From the NCBI GenBank assembly GCA_013239625.1, contig MU057325.1, forward strand, positions 186,001 through 250,000: 64,000 nt of DNA, in the 5' to 3' direction. The translations under genes were made by a program, and so were the position numbers. The DNA is from Lama guanicoe (Eukaryota). The notes below the pieces were generated by a model. It saw nothing but the letters and a program-made list of their open reading frames with translations, was not told where the DNA came from and did no database searches. How positions within the stretch are numbered: position 1 is the stretch's first letter; every line of letters begins with the position of its first letter. Below are positions 61,530-64,000 of the stretch, one piece after another.

Positions 61530-61696
61530 CTGTATTTATGAATGATGGCATTAAATAGTTTTCCATCTCTCCAGCAGGTAGTGAAATTCTCACACCGAAT
61601 GCCCGCATAACCCTCTGTTGCCTGCTGGGTCCACAGTAACAGTCTCTCTTTCGCGGACATGTCCTCCGACTCTCCAGTAACATGGATATCAGATAT
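61530..61696 (-). CDS. DST: DST exon (start of CH2) [22 protein letters not shown]...[16 protein letters not shown]
   Basis: ttcag|ATA ... AG|gtatgg; 167 nt; phase 2 matches the acceptor at 43685. Confidence 0.96.
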
Positions 61697-62671
61697 CTGA
61701 ACGTAACAGAAAAGGTTAAACCATTAGGAAGGAAGGACGCTAAGGCAGATTAAGAACCTACTACATGCCAAGCACTTTACAAGCGCTATTGTACTCCGTC
61801 CTTGTTGTAAGCCGAGTATATGTTCCCCGTTTCTCATACAGGGGAAGTGAGTTTCAAAGAGGTTAATAGATTGAAAAGTCAGGTTTAACCCAAGCATCTC
61901 AGTTTTTTTTATATCGAAACGTCCCAACGTTGAAGGTTCCACATTCCTCTTTACTAATCAGATCTGTCAAAACAACTTAAGGGAATGTTTTACCACGTTC
62001 AAATGGATCAAAGTAGAGCCTACAAAGTGATCCTACGTTACCGCCCGCAGAGCAGAATTGGACCCAACAGGTGTTCTGTGTAAAGGACAAAGAAGGAAAA
62101 CACATCTCTCCAGTGAACCACATTACAGAGCTGTTTGGCCTAAAGTCTAATTTTCTCATGAGTCCTCGCTGATCTTATGCAACATGAACCCTCCAGAAAA
62201 TGACTTCCCTCTATACTTTGTATTCACTAATTTTTTGAAAAGTCTCTTCCATCAAATGATAATAAAACAGGTCACCAACTCACACGACTTGTGTTTTCTC
62301 AAGTAGCCCTTTGACAAGGGTCCTACTTAACCTGGATAATGACATGAAGACCCAGTGACCCTGGCAGGCCCCCACAGTGATTCCCAAACTCGGATTCACA
62401 CCGACAAACAGCCGTTCCCTCAATCAGCATAGGCTACAAAGCCCTGTCAAGGGCCCGGGGGGCCAGCCAGGGTCAGGAGGAGCAAACAGAGCCAGGAAGC
62501 CAGGCGCAGGGAGGGGCCCGTCAACCTGCAGCAGGAAAAAAAAAATCCCTGAAGTCACGACACTGGTCTCATAGCTTTGAACACGTCACTTCACGTCTGT
62601 GAGTCAGCATCCTTATCTACCAATGGAGGAGGTAGGAGGCAGAAGCAGATAACATTTAAGACTCTTTTCAG

Positions 62672-62785
62672 AGAATATGAAAATGAATCTATGCATGTAT
62701 ATGCATGACTGGGACACTGTGCTGTACACCAGAAACTGACACATTGTAACTGACTATAACTTCAATTTTTTAAAATTGGGGGGAA
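62672..62785 (+). mobile_element. L1 3' end fragment
   Basis: TSD aagactcttttcag. Confidence 0.85.
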
Positions 62786-63184
62786 AAAGACTCTTTTCAG
62801 TCTGAAGTCTGAGAGACTGAGAGACTATAAATATAACATGGAAGGCAGAGGTCCAAACAGGCAGTCAAGCAACTGAAAGTAGAAAACTTCAAAACCCAGA
62901 CTAAAGAAAGCCTTTACACTGGGCGATGCTGGGCTCAAGCAGGAAGCCCTTTACTCCTACTGCGGCCACAGGAGCCAGAGGCCAGCCAACCCAGGGACCT
63001 GTGGCAGAAACGCACAGCAGTTAAGTCCACACCAGACCCACCAGCCCTGACAGCGCCCCCTGGGGGGTGGGGACTCAGGCCCACCAGCCTCTCTCCATCC
63101 AGTACTGGGTGGGGCAGCCCTGCCATGGGAGCTCCCCTCCCAGCCACAGCCATAGATGGCCAGGATTTGAAAGTGGAACAGTGT

Positions 63185-63725
63185 TTCATGCACCTCAATT
63201 TTCACAGCAGCACTATTTACAACAGCCAAGACACGGAAACAACCTAAATGTCCATCGACAGATGACTGCNNNNNNNNNNNNNNNNNNNNNNNNNNNNNNN
63301 NNNNNNNNNNNNNNNNNNNNNNNNNNNNNNNNNNNNNNNNNNNNNNNNNNNNNNNNNNNNNNNNNNNNNNNNNNNNNNNNNNNNNNNNNNNNNNNNNNNN
63401 NNNCATTCTAAGTCAAGCAGGCCAGAAAGAGAAAGAAAAATTTCATATGGTATCACTTATATGTAGAATCTTAAAAAAGGACACAAATGAACTTATTTAC
63501 GAAACAGAAATAGAGTCACAGACATAGAGAACACACTTACAGTTACCAGCAGGGAAAGGGGGTGAGAAGGGATAAACTGGGGGTCTGAAATTCGCACCTC
63601 TTGGGGAGTGAAGGAAATGTGAGCTATCTTGACTGTGGTGGGGGTCTCGTGGCTGTATACATCTATCAAAGTTCATCCAATTGTACATTTCAAGTATGTA
63701 TAGTTCACTGTACAGGAACCATACA
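63185..63725 (+). mobile_element. L1 3' fragment, alternative-tail variant, gapped
   Basis: Same tail as the copy at 24001-24425. Confidence 0.85.
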
Positions 63726-64000
63726 NNNNNNNNNNNNNNNNNNNNNNNNNNNNNNNNNNNNNNNNNNNNNNNNNNNNNNNNNNNNNNNNNNNNNNNNNNN
63801 NNNNNNNNNNNNNNNNNNNNNNNNNNNNNNNNNNNNNNNNNNNNNNNNNNNNNNNNNNNNNNNNNNNNNNNNNNNNNNNNNNNNNNNNNNNNNNNNNNNN
63901 NNNNGGCACATCCCGGGAGTCCAAACCCCCATCTCTCCCACCTCCACGCTCGAGTTAGCCACCTGCCCCAGGACTACGCTCTCGCCTGTAAAACTGGGTT

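Larger units (their letters stand above)
1..61696 (-). other. DST: Dystonin (BPAG1) gene, internal portion; continues beyond both window edges
   Basis: Chain of GT-AG exons with matching phases encoding CH2, plakin spectrin repeats/SH3, coiled coil and plakin repeat domains. Confidence 0.98.

Noticed and set aside
1-64000. CRISPR arrays, operons or other prokaryote-type systems
   Set aside because: Mammalian exon-intron DNA; no regularly spaced repeat-spacer structure seen

Overview
Mammalian genomic DNA, probably camelid (tRNA-Ala-like vic-1-type SINEs and cetartiodactyl-style L1 3' ends). The whole window lies inside the dystonin gene (DST/BPAG1) on the minus strand. I traced 34 coding exons with matching splice phases, from the CH1-CH2 region (61.7 kb) through the plakin domain to the first 882 codons of the giant BPAG1b exon, which runs off the left edge. 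The complete epithelial BPAG1e/BP230 unit is nested inside: internal promoter near 35.1 kb, unique first exon, coiled-coil exon, plakin-repeat terminal exon and poly(A) signals. One shared exon is partly hidden by an N gap. Introns carry SINEs, L1, LTR, Tigger, MIR and L2 fragments. No wholly new system is evident. The best leads are an inverted tRNA-Gln-half/L1 chimeric insertion, a possible relic or alternative exon at 14.8-16.8 kb, GC-shifted and shortened BP230, several L1 3'-end variants, an AT-rich palindrome, and isoform-switch splicing motifs. Comparisons with human DST are from memory and need checking by alignment.
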